64,000 bases of DNA from a virus. Lineage: Duplodnaviria; Caudoviricetes. Positions 1 to 8,086 of this stretch are shown here, one piece after another (position 1 is the first letter of the stretch; every line of letters begins with the position of its first letter). Under the pieces are notes generated by a model. It was not told the DNA's origin. It was given only the letters and a program-made list of their open reading frames with translations, and made no database searches. Location of the stretch: positions 6,467-70,466 of IMG/VR virus record IMGVR_UViG_3300020161_001040; one strand, given 5' to 3'. Made by a program: the position numbers and the translations under genes.

Positions 1-31
1 GGGCATGTCGCCTCCTATACGAGGTTCACAA

Positions 32-412
32 ATGATTAAATACGTGAAGGGTGACCTGATGAAGGCTCCCGAGAAGATGATTATTCATGGTTGCAATGCT
101 CAAGGAGTAATGGGATCGGGGGTAGCTTATTTGATTAGGCTCGGAGAAGTTATATGGGCCACGACCGGGGGTAAAATTATCGGAAACGCTATCACCCAGG
201 ATAAATTCGGTCGTAGCGGTGATCGATATGTCGATTACGACGTCGTTCGATCCGTTATTCGCGTCGTCAATCAGATGTACGTGAAACGTTACGAACATTC
301 GGTGGCGCTACCGAAAATCGGAGCGGGACTCGGTGGTGGAGATTGGAATGTCATCTCCGAAATAATCGAGCAAGAGGCTACTGATTTCCTGGCGGTGGTT
401 TACGAGTTGTAG
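32..412 (+). CDS. Macro domain (ADP-ribose binding/hydrolase) protein, apparently with an internal deletion
   Basis: MIKYVKGDL..IIHGCNAQGVMGSGVA and VALPKIGAGLGGGDW are macro-domain motifs; GAGGT RBS before ATG at 32. Confidence 0.8.
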   Translation: MIKYVKGDLMKAPEKMIIHGCNAQGVMGSGVAYLIRLGEVIWATTGGKIIGNAITQDKFGRSGDRYVDYDVVRSVIRVVNQMYVKRYEHSVALPKIGAGLGGGDWNVISEIIEQEATDFLAVVYEL

Positions 413-441
413 AACAAGCACTGCACGCGACATGACGTGTA

Positions 442-450
442 TGATATGAT
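442..450 (+). promoter_or_regulatory. Putative extended -10 promoter (TGATATGAT)
   Basis: TGn-TAnnnT match in intergenic gap upstream of ORF 475. Confidence 0.4.
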
Positions 451-474
451 GAGGTGTCATTGGGAGCATAGTGT

Positions 475-840
475 ATGATCACACATCAGAGGGACGTTGT
501 TGCCGCGATTCCTAGAGTGCCAGAAGGCAAGGTGAGGCTCTGCGAATATGGCCAGGAGCCTCCTGGCACTCTGGTCGAGGAAATCATCCTCGCATCATGC
601 CCGAAATCGACCACACCCGCCGCTCATCCAGTTAATTTCGTTTATCGGTCGCGAGGCTACACATTTGCAGGTTCCTGTCTCCGCTGGAACGACAACGAGA
701 TCTGGGGCGTAGTTTTCAAGGATTACCATAACAATACCACTTATGGTAGGTGGTATCTTTCTCGACCCGAGGCTGAGAAGCATTGGGACCAGATAACCCC
801 GAGCAAATATCAGTCTGCCCCGGCTCCGTTCCAGCGCTGA
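475..840 (+). CDS. Hypothetical protein
   Basis: 121-aa ORF with GGGAG RBS, colinear with neighbours. Confidence 0.55.
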   Translation: MITHQRDVVAAIPRVPEGKVRLCEYGQEPPGTLVEEIILASCPKSTTPAAHPVNFVYRSRGYTFAGSCLRWNDNEIWGVVFKDYHNNTTYGRWYLSRPEAEKHWDQITPSKYQSAPAPFQR

Positions 841-900
841 GCCTCAATCCTAAATCGAAATTGACTCTCCATAGTCCCTCCCATATAGTAAGGAGGGATT

Positions 901-1548
901 ATGGAGGCAGTTATGGCCTATCTAAATCACAATTTGCCCACTTTCACTTGCTTAATCAGAAACGAATACCTTTTCAATCATGAAAAGGGCCATGAACAGT
1001 TCAGCGTCTGCGATGTTCATTCGGTAGCTTCGATAGAGAGTAGAGTGCCTCTATTCGAGGCGTTCATAGACAATGGGGTTAATTGGACCAGGAGGCCGTT
1101 GACGGCTTTCTGTTGGAAGAAAGACGCTCCGGTTCCCACTGTTCAAGATTGTTATTATTGGAACTGCTTTAGTCCCTACATCAATGTAAATGTCAGGTCC
1201 AGGTTTTCCGGGCTAGCAGCCCGTCTCATTAAGCATGACGGCAAGTTCGTCAAAGGCGAGTATATGTTCACTATGGATTGGTCATGGGAAGACAGGTCCA
1301 CTCTAAATACTAATTTCAGCGAAACGCCCGAACATAAGTGTGCACATTTATTCAAAGTAGAGGATGGCAATTTCTATGCTTATCCAAATAACAGAATAGT
1401 GTGGCATGATGATGCTTTCATTGATAAGCTCCTTAGAGCCAATCCCGGATATATTATCGATCAAACAATTTACTCGGTCGAGAGTAGCAGATTCATGCTG
1501 ACTGACAATAAGTATGTGACCGGATTCACCTCTGAGGAAACTCCATGA
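901..1548 (+). CDS. Conserved phage hypothetical protein (YLNHNLPT..NGVNWTRRP family)
   Basis: AAGGAGG RBS; resembles a conserved hypothetical of aquatic phages (recalled, not searched). Confidence 0.75.
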   Translation: MEAVMAYLNHNLPTFTCLIRNEYLFNHEKGHEQFSVCDVHSVASIESRVPLFEAFIDNGVNWTRRPLTAFCWKKDAPVPTVQDCYYWNCFSPYINVNVRSRFSGLAARLIKHDGKFVKGEYMFTMDWSWEDRSTLNTNFSETPEHKCAHLFKVEDGNFYAYPNNRIVWHDDAFIDKLLRANPGYIIDQTIYSVESSRFMLTDNKYVTGFTSEETP

Positions 1549-1772
1549 TCGAATCAAACATTGTGGACCTGACCTCCCTGAGGTTAGATAAGTCGCCGGT
1601 CATCTACGATATCCGGATAGTCCACGATAGCAAAGGGTTCTCGTTCTATCTTAAAGACGTAGCTATCGATCCTAGGAGTTTAAGAGCAGTGGCAGACGAT
1701 CTTCGTCGCGCGGCGGAGTTAGCAGAGGCGGAAGCGAAGCAAATCGAGGCTGGCAATGGCTCAATCGATTAG
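1545..1772 (+). CDS. Hypothetical protein
   Basis: ATGA overlap with upstream stop. Confidence 0.6.
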   Translation: MIESNIVDLTSLRLDKSPVIYDIRIVHDSKGFSFYLKDVAIDPRSLRAVADDLRRAAELAEAEAKQIEAGNGSID

Positions 1773-2109
1773 AGTGTTAGTGTGTGGAGGTAGAACCTTC
1801 AACGATGCGGCTTTACTGGATTCGACTCTGAGCAAGATTCATTCAGAGCGAGTGTTCAATTCAGTGATATATGGTGGAGCCCGTGGCGCTGATTCTCTAG
1901 CGGGTTGGTGGGCTTTTCATAAGAAAATACCCACTGTCGTTTTCCCCGTCGATTGGAAATTATATGCAGAGTCAGCCGGGTCAATTCGTAACAAGCGAAT
2001 GCTGAGCGACGGTCGCCCCCAACTAGTTGTAGCCTTTCCTGGAGGTCCCGGCACCGCTCACATGGTTAAAATAGCCCGCGAGGTCAAATTAGAAGTTATA
2101 TGCGTCTGA
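1756..2109 (+). CDS. DUF2493 / YspA-like SLOG family protein
   Basis: RVLVCGGR, GGARGADSLA, AGSIRNKRML, VVAFPGGPGTAHMV motifs. Confidence 0.85.
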   Translation: MAQSIRVLVCGGRTFNDAALLDSTLSKIHSERVFNSVIYGGARGADSLAGWWAFHKKIPTVVFPVDWKLYAESAGSIRNKRMLSDGRPQLVVAFPGGPGTAHMVKIAREVKLEVICV

Positions 2110-2116
2110 GTCTGCA

Positions 2117-2566
2117 ATGATCATCACCATATTTACTGATGCGTCGTACTGCGACAGATATGGAATAGATACATATGCTGTATGGGCCAAATATCAAGAC
2201 GAGACTTTGAGGTATAGTGGCGTCTTCAAGGTAAAGCCTCCGTGCAATAATTACGCCGAGGCAGCCGCTCTCGCCAATGGGATCTGCTTATCTATCAAGT
2301 ATTTTGATCCGCCCGGTCGCACTAAGATAATAGCCCAGACTGACAGTGTTGTGGAGATAGACGTTCTCGGCCACAGAATGTCTAAGACCAAAAAGTACAA
2401 GGACATTTACAATCACATCAGAGAGACGATAGCCAACAGGTCTTTGACGCTCGAATATAGACACGTTAAAGGCCATAACGGCAGATCCGACCAACGCAGT
2501 GCAGTGAACACATGGTGCCATAGGCAGTGCATTCAGCTCCTTAGAGAGGAACGGAACAAAATTTAA
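2117..2566 (+). CDS. Ribonuclease H-like protein
   Basis: IFTDAS (D), NNYAE (E), QTDS (D), HVKGH motifs of RNase HI. Confidence 0.8.
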   Translation: MIITIFTDASYCDRYGIDTYAVWAKYQDETLRYSGVFKVKPPCNNYAEAAALANGICLSIKYFDPPGRTKIIAQTDSVVEIDVLGHRMSKTKKYKDIYNHIRETIANRSLTLEYRHVKGHNGRSDQRSAVNTWCHRQCIQLLREERNKI

Positions 2567-2579
2567 TGAGGGATCTAGA

Positions 2580-2738
2580 ATGATCACGATCACAGTAATT
2601 TGGCTCACTATTTTCTCCATGTTCACAGGAGTAGCCGCTCATAAAAGCAAGAAGAAGGACGAAGAATTTTGGGTCTTGATGGGCATGTCGCTCTGGCATA
2701 TAATCCTGGCTCAAGGACTTTGGATTAAATACCTGTGA
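2580..2738 (+). CDS. Small two-TM membrane protein (52 aa, not in ORF track)
   Basis: Manual translation MITITVIWLTIFSMFTGVAAHKSKKKDEEFWVLMGMSLWHIILAQGLWIKYL; GAGGG RBS; stop overlaps next GTG. Confidence 0.6.
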   Translation: MITITVIWLTIFSMFTGVAAHKSKKKDEEFWVLMGMSLWHIILAQGLWIKYL

Positions 2739-3007
2739 ACAATATTGTAAAGTTCAGACCTAAAAGCGACGATAAGCCTGATGAAGCTCTCGCCATTTAC
2801 CTTATGGCCGGAGATCGTCTAATGGCCGTCATAACTCCTGAGGGAGATTTAATCGCGCACAGTTCAATCAATGAGATATACCACTCTGCCTCTCAGGCTG
2901 GTAAATTTGCTGGTCTCTTTAGAATGGTAGCTCAACTATCTTCTAAAATTGAACAACTTGAATCCATCATTGAAGGAATGAAAAGTGACTCCTCTAGACG
3001 TTCTTAG
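2735..3007 (+). CDS. Hypothetical protein with C-terminal coiled coil
   Basis: GTGA overlap; 90 aa. Confidence 0.55.
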   Translation: MNNIVKFRPKSDDKPDEALAIYLMAGDRLMAVITPEGDLIAHSSINEIYHSASQAGKFAGLFRMVAQLSSKIEQLESIIEGMKSDSSRRS

Positions 3008-3371
3008 TAGTTTCGACCGGCTAACTACACCAGACAGATCGACGGACGCCAGAATCGCGGAGCTAATGGCTCCCGAGTTGGGATTCACCGGAGTTTCGTG
3101 GAACAACGGAGAGCCTCACTTTTCCGGAAAAGGTTCTGGATATAAGGTTTGGAAGTACACGGCATCCGTTGATTCCGCCCTTAGAATTATCCCCAAAAGA
3201 TGGTTTTTGGAAGAAGTGTACAAGGAGTCTTCGGCCTCGCCGTACGAGGTGACGATCAAATCGAATGGTTTGGCGATCACCGTGAAGTCCAAGATTTTAT
3301 CGATGGCGGTCTGCATCGCGGCTCTAAGAGCCAGGGCTCTAGAAGTTGCCCTCTCTCAACACAATAATTGA
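2985..3371 (+). CDS. Phage hypothetical protein, ABA-sandwich-like family
   Basis: DARIA..YTASVDSAL..P..W..MAVCIAALRA pattern. Confidence 0.55.
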   Translation: MTPLDVLSSFDRLTTPDRSTDARIAELMAPELGFTGVSWNNGEPHFSGKGSGYKVWKYTASVDSALRIIPKRWFLEEVYKESSASPYEVTIKSNGLAITVKSKILSMAVCIAALRARALEVALSQHNN

Positions 3372-3723
3372 TAATCTACAGGGGCGCTCGTCTAGATACG
3401 ACGAGCGCCATTCTGTATTAGAAGCTTTACATTATGCCAAATCCGCGTCCATCATGGATGAGACTCGGTACAGAAAAGCATATAATATGTGGGCTTCCAA
3501 TGCGTTTCTTGATGCTTCTAGACTCTTATTACCAGATGACTGCAGTATCGCGTTGATTATAGACTCTTCCGGTAATACAATGTGCAGACTATCTACAATG
3601 GGGCCGACAGGGCAAGTCCATGTAGAGGCCAACTCTCCGAGCCCGGCTGGCGCAGTTGGGGCAGCGGCCCTAAAGATCGGCGCTATTTACATAGAAATAT
3701 TGGACGAGAACCCTTCTTACTGA
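3346..3723 (+). CDS. Phage hypothetical protein, ABA-sandwich-like paralog
   Basis: AFLDASRLLLP..PAGAVGAAALK pattern parallels upstream ORF. Confidence 0.5.
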   Translation: MPSLNTIIDNLQGRSSRYDERHSVLEALHYAKSASIMDETRYRKAYNMWASNAFLDASRLLLPDDCSIALIIDSSGNTMCRLSTMGPTGQVHVEANSPSPAGAVGAAALKIGAIYIEILDENPSY

Positions 3724-3804
3724 TCGTCAGGGAAAGCCCTAATTGCATCTACCCCCGGTCTATGGTTTCGTGCTATCAGATCCATTGAACGATGAGGGAT
3801 CAAT

Positions 3805-4182
3805 ATGATCGGTTATAAAGTACTATCCGTCAACCAAAATGGTAAATCCGTTAGTGTTAGATACTACAATCCGTATTGGGATCCGAGTCTGGTCGTCACC
3901 GAGACATATAATGAAGAAGTCTATGCTGGGAACGGCAATGTAACCATCGTGGAGAAGACTCGCGAGGTCGATAACAATTCGAATCTACATCACGAGCACG
4001 AAGTGACACTACCAGATCCGGTAAAAGATGAAGAATACGATGTCACTTTCCGAAAAGTAATTGAACAAATTGCTAGCGGCGTTGAAGTTAAGATGGAGAT
4101 TCGCAAAAGGCAGATTTCCGAGACTCTCTTAAGCGCCGTGCTAGGTATAGAATTTAATGCACCCACTGCTCCTGAGGAATAA
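3805..4182 (+). CDS. Hypothetical protein
   Basis: 125-aa ORF with GAGGG RBS. Confidence 0.65.
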   Translation: MIGYKVLSVNQNGKSVSVRYYNPYWDPSLVVTETYNEEVYAGNGNVTIVEKTREVDNNSNLHHEHEVTLPDPVKDEEYDVTFRKVIEQIASGVEVKMEIRKRQISETLLSAVLGIEFNAPTAPEE

Positions 4183-4389
4183 ATGGGAAAATATGAGTTA
4201 GCCTTGAAGCTGGTAGCCAAGGAAATCTGCGATGACCGTTGCACATGTGGCAGCGGAGGCGGAAAATGTAAGCACAGCTACGAATACGAAGCTGGGAAGG
4301 CGATAGCAATGATTGCCAAGCTAGTGAAACAAGGAAGACTAGATTTAGATTTAGATTTAGATTTAGATCAAGTCCCATCCGATGGATAA
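4183..4389 (+). CDS. Small Zn-finger (SWIM-like CTC..CKH) protein with Leu-Asp repeat tail
   Basis: CTCGSGGGKCKH; GAGG RBS. Confidence 0.55.
   Translation: MGKYELALKLVAKEICDDRCTCGSGGGKCKHSYEYEAGKAIAMIAKLVKQGRLDLDLDLDLDQVPSDG
4339..4368 (+). repeat. Hexamer microsatellite (YTAGAT)x5 encoding (LD)5
   Basis: ctagat ttagat ttagat ttagat ttagat read directly. Confidence 0.95.
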
Positions 4390-4603
4390 GGATGAAGCCC
4401 TGAAGCTGTGGGGCGAAATCCAATCTAACCTTCAAATACTAGACGCTTGCGAGCGTCCTCACGAATTTGTAAGCGTCGATCCGAGTATCAGCCCGTTCAA
4501 GGCAAAATATCGGTGCATCAAGTGTAACGGAGTGATAGATTATAATGCCAAGACTTGGTATGGTCGTGACCTGAGACACGGGAAGTTACCCGGTCAACAA
4601 TAG
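4382..4603 (+). CDS. Small Cys/His-rich hypothetical protein
   Basis: CERPHEF..YRCIKC. Confidence 0.6.
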   Translation: MDKDEALKLWGEIQSNLQILDACERPHEFVSVDPSISPFKAKYRCIKCNGVIDYNAKTWYGRDLRHGKLPGQQ

Positions 4604-4660
4604 ATACCGTGAGACTATCGCCCGTGGTAGGATGCAGCTGTACCTACTCAAGACGTGATC

Positions 4661-5116
4661 ATGCGTACTCCTGATGAGATCCTCAAACGAGTCGAAGAAG
4701 TAAAAGAGGAAGATTTCTTCGGTTTCGAAACCGCTGACCTCCTCGCTTGGCTCCCATATGACAAGGCCCGTCCTTATCTCAAGGACTCGGTTGGTCCGGA
4801 AGACTGGTCGTATGAGGTTCCTACCCACGATTCTGTCCTGAAGTGTATTACGAACTATATGCCGTTCGCTTGGGACAAGGCGAATGCGTGTAGAGGACTG
4901 TCGGCCATGAGGAGCCTTCAACACATGAAGGCGTGGCTCTGGCTCCTGGGCGACGATCTGACCGACAAACTGGACGACTATACTTACTACGGCAAGCCGC
5001 AGTTGAGAGCAATCTGCGATAAGCTAGGCATTAATTGGTCGTCCATGGATAATAACTGTTGGAGGAACGATGAATCAAGTCCGTGCGAGAGTCCGGATTT
5101 GATCGCCAAAATCTGA
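4661..5116 (+). CDS. Phage hypothetical protein
   Basis: About 150-aa acidic ORF, preceded by CGTGGTAGGAT extended -10 at 4623. Confidence 0.7.
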   Translation: MRTPDEILKRVEEVKEEDFFGFETADLLAWLPYDKARPYLKDSVGPEDWSYEVPTHDSVLKCITNYMPFAWDKANACRGLSAMRSLQHMKAWLWLLGDDLTDKLDDYTYYGKPQLRAICDKLGINWSSMDNNCWRNDESSPCESPDLIAKI

Positions 5117-5127
5117 AAGGTTAACAA

Positions 5128-5520
5128 ATGACCAGCATTAATGTACGAGCCACGGGGAGTCTTATAAACGCCATTGGGCGTCAGACCAAGGACATAGTAG
5201 AACCAAAGGCAGGAGTGGGGTGCACCGTACTGATGTGGAGCGACCGTCACCCCGCTACCATCGTGGAGGTTAGCCCCTCCAAGAGATCTGTTTGGGTGGT
5301 GGAGAACAGGTACAGGAACGTTCCGGATCACTGCAACGCCTTCACAGAAGACCAAAAATACATCATCGATCCACTGCCGCCCGAGAAGATGGATCGGAAG
5401 TACGCTGAAGAATATACTCTTCGGAAGATCGGCAAATACGTCGCGAAGGGCAGCCCTTATCTCGGCGGTTCTGTACTTTTGATCGGAGTACAAGAAGTGT
5501 ACCGGGACCCTCACTTCTGA
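5128..5520 (+). CDS. Phage hypothetical protein (G.G.T..MWSDR.P.TI family)
   Basis: AAAGG RBS; motif recurrent in phage early genes. Confidence 0.7.
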   Translation: MTSINVRATGSLINAIGRQTKDIVEPKAGVGCTVLMWSDRHPATIVEVSPSKRSVWVVENRYRNVPDHCNAFTEDQKYIIDPLPPEKMDRKYAEEYTLRKIGKYVAKGSPYLGGSVLLIGVQEVYRDPHF

Positions 5521-5529
5521 GGTCCCGAC

Positions 5530-6006
5530 ATGAGAAACATTGCGATGGCTTCGGCCATATTCGTGCTTGCTGCGGCCAATGCCGCAGCCGGTCCCAGATC
5601 TAGCGAGATAGACTGTCTTGCTCAGAACATCTTTATGGAGGCCCAAGGCGAGTCTTATATGGGCAAGATGGCGGTAGCTCATGTGACAATTAACCGCGCC
5701 CATAAAGAGAGGACGACTATTTGCAGATCTTTGCAGCGTCCCGGATCGTATTTTTGGGTCACCCGAGGAACCGGTGGGGCTTGGCATCGAGCCAGAGCGA
5801 CCGAGAAGGATCAAATCCGAGAAGTAGCTAGGACCGCGATTGAACGTCCTTATACTGACTTAACTAATGGAGCCACTCATTTTCATCATCGTCGCCTCCG
5901 AATGGGGTGGACACGCCAGATGGAGAGAGTAGGAACCATCGATAATCACACGTTCTGGCGTGATCCTAATTACATGGAACTCGCAGAAGCACGCGGAGGC
6001 AGATAA
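5530..6006 (+). CDS. Cell wall hydrolase, SleB/Hydrolase_2 family, with signal peptide
   Basis: CLAQNIFMEAQGES..MAVAHVTINR, NGATHFH, IDNHTFW; hydrophobic N-terminus. Confidence 0.85.
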   Translation: MRNIAMASAIFVLAAANAAAGPRSSEIDCLAQNIFMEAQGESYMGKMAVAHVTINRAHKERTTICRSLQRPGSYFWVTRGTGGAWHRARATEKDQIREVARTAIERPYTDLTNGATHFHHRRLRMGWTRQMERVGTIDNHTFWRDPNYMELAEARGGR

Positions 6007-6335
6007 TGGCTAAGAAAAAAGACCTTATCAAGACTTATGATTCCGTGTCGCTTGCCTCGATGGATTTGCTCAGGGAGATCGTAAAGACTCGTTCAGGCAG
6101 ATCTTTCACTTGGCCGAACGAAGGAGAGTTCGTTGGAGATGGATGGAAATTTAGTGCTGAATGCAAGGATTTCCAACCGTTGTGGATAGACCCCACCAAC
6201 GCCAAGCTCCTTGTCGATGTTCATGACAAACTAGGCAAGGAAGAGAACCAACAGAAATTTCAGGGCATGGTAGCCGACGATAGAGGGACCTTCGGGTTCC
6301 TGGTCGAAGAGTCTTGGAAGTTAGTGACCAGATAG
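6006..6335 (+). CDS. Hypothetical protein
   Basis: TAATG coupling, GGAGG RBS. Confidence 0.7.
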   Translation: MAKKKDLIKTYDSVSLASMDLLREIVKTRSGRSFTWPNEGEFVGDGWKFSAECKDFQPLWIDPTNAKLLVDVHDKLGKEENQQKFQGMVADDRGTFGFLVEESWKLVTR

Positions 6336-6835
6336 ATAGGATCGACCAGTTAGTGGTCGCATATTATCATATGTATATAAATAGATATAGCGAAATATCA
6401 AGATTCACCAGAATTAACACGATCCTCGCCGCATCGATTGGCGAGATCCCAGGCAACACAGATTTGGCTAAGCTCAAAGAGGCCGAAAAGAATGCTTTAA
6501 AGTCAACGGTCAGGTCTTACCAGATAGGGGCGGTGATTTATAAAGGTAAGAAGACTTTATCGGTTGGCTACAACAAATGGAAGACTCACCCGTGGCAAGC
6601 CAGATTTAATACCAGATCCGTGTCACTCCACGCCGAAATAGACGCCATTCTCACCGCAATGAGATTCGATCACATCCTACCCGGCAGCACCATAGCGATC
6701 AGTAGAATGCGTTCTAATGGAAACATTGGAGCCTCCTATCCGTGTTTCGAGTGCATGAATGCTCTCAGCCACGTGGGAGTATCTAAGGTGGTATGCATCG
6801 GCGTTGACTTCAATCCTATTAAAGTCAATCTTTAG
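6314..6835 (+). CDS. Zn-dependent cytidine/dCMP deaminase-like protein (start uncertain)
   Basis: IGAVI..GYN, HAE and PCFEC zinc motifs. Confidence 0.8.
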   Translation: MEVSDQIDRIDQLVVAYYHMYINRYSEISRFTRINTILAASIGEIPGNTDLAKLKEAEKNALKSTVRSYQIGAVIYKGKKTLSVGYNKWKTHPWQARFNTRSVSLHAEIDAILTAMRFDHILPGSTIAISRMRSNGNIGASYPCFECMNALSHVGVSKVVCIGVDFNPIKVNL

Positions 6836-6844
6836 GGGGCTTTA

Positions 6845-7495
6845 ATGATTCCCATAGCTAGATCGTTTGTTGGATGGGTCGAGATTTCTAAGCTGATTCC
6901 CAGGCATCTTACTCTGGACGTCCAGAGCAAGATGACCACTGGACGAGCATATCATGACCTATGCCATGTGGGGGGCATTTGGAAAACCTCTCTCAACTTT
7001 GTAATGGCTCCGGACTACAAAATCATGTATGCAGCCGTATTCCACGATTACGAATACAATATTAAGGCTGTCAAGGGTGAGAACGAGATGGCCTCAAATA
7101 GGGCTTGGTTGGAGTTCGCGAATTCCCACAAAATCTCTTCCGAAGTGATTGAGGATGTTTCCGATATGATCCTCTCAACCATCGATCATTCAGAAGCTAA
7201 GACGTCAAACGGCAGATGGTTCTGCGATTTGGATCTATCGGGCTTGGCCTCCGATTGGGATACGTTTGCTTTTATAACTACCTTGATCAGAAAGGAACAC
7301 CATGAGCTTGACGACAACTCGTTCTGGACCGGGAGAGATAACTTCTTAAGTCATATGCTCAGACAGCCGAGAATATTCAGATCGAGCAGATCGCCTTCTG
7401 GCTGGGAAACAAGGGCCAGAAGAAACATCAAGAAAGCTCTCGACATGGGACCTGATATCCTGGAACGACCCATGGCACCGACTACGATAGCGTGA
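6845..7495 (+). CDS. HD-superfamily metal-dependent phosphohydrolase
   Basis: RAYHDLCH, AAVFHD, TIDH, DLDLSGL, IRKEH. Confidence 0.8.
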   Translation: MIPIARSFVGWVEISKLIPRHLTLDVQSKMTTGRAYHDLCHVGGIWKTSLNFVMAPDYKIMYAAVFHDYEYNIKAVKGENEMASNRAWLEFANSHKISSEVIEDVSDMILSTIDHSEAKTSNGRWFCDLDLSGLASDWDTFAFITTLIRKEHHELDDNSFWTGRDNFLSHMLRQPRIFRSSRSPSGWETRARRNIKKALDMGPDILERPMAPTTIA

Positions 7496-7511
7496 TATAG
7501 CGTGATATAGT
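7491..7511 (+). promoter_or_regulatory. Tandem 10-mer (CGTGATATAG)x2 containing extended -10 TGATATAGT
   Basis: Direct repeat read in sequence; TGn-TAnnnT match at 7503-7511. Confidence 0.55.
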
Positions 7512-7521
7512 GCGTATATAG

Positions 7522-7770
7522 AGGCTCCCTACTGCAAACAAACGCCGCGAGGTATTCGCTGTTGGTGCGAACAACCGTGGAGCCTGTTTAGACTATTCCC
7601 CTCCCCATGTAAGTACTTTCAGCCCACCCCTAACCGGGTGGGCTGAAACGTATTTGAGCATCGAGAGATGTGATGATGAAGACTCTCAACAATGAGAGAT
7701 ATCTAATCGTCACTTGAGACTACGATCCCGGTGTGGTATGGTGGGGGCAGATCGCGAGGTCTGCCCTCAC
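7522..7770 (+). ncRNA. Candidate structured non-coding RNA region
   Basis: 7-bp stem 7522-7528/7579-7585 enclosing two GCGA-loop hairpins; 13-bp hairpin 7617-7648; 13-bp GCGA hairpin 7741-7770. Confidence 0.35.
7617..7648 (+). terminator. Terminator-like hairpin
   Basis: TTTCAGCCCACCC-ctaacc-GGGTGGGCTGAAA perfect 13-bp stem. Confidence 0.6.
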
Positions 7771-7786
7771 TCGTATGGGGATTATT

Positions 7787-8086
7787 ATGAAGTTAAACGC
7801 CGCCTATGCACGACAAATGCGTGCAGACTACGCCAATTTCCTCAAAGAAGAAGGCGTGGAGGAATCTGAATCACACCATCAACCCATGAAGATGGGGGTG
7901 GCGATGGGAAAGGTTGTGCGTAAATACGCAGCCGGTCACGAAAACGACATGTTCTCATTCCGCAAATTCTTCGGCAAGACATTCAAAATCGAATCCGCCG
8001 TCATCCGGAGAGGAAATACCAGTGGGACACGAGAAAATCCTGGACAAGCTCCGCAAGCTCAAGGCGTTGGCGGACAGGTCAAATAA
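7787..8086 (+). CDS. Hypothetical protein
   Basis: ATG with GGGG RBS; 3' end overlaps next gene. Confidence 0.45.
   Translation: MKLNAAYARQMRADYANFLKEEGVEESESHHQPMKMGVAMGKVVRKYAAGHENDMFSFRKFFGKTFKIESAVIRRGNTSGTRENPGQAPQAQGVGGQVK

Noticed and set aside
4987-5814. 275-aa minus-strand ORF
   Set aside because: Overlaps three well-supported plus-strand genes; no recognisable domain
7530-7600. tmRNA tag or c-di-GMP-I riboswitch (GCAAAC motif)
   Set aside because: No tag ORF ending in Ala-Ala-stop, no tRNA-like ends, and the second GEMM stem consensus is missing
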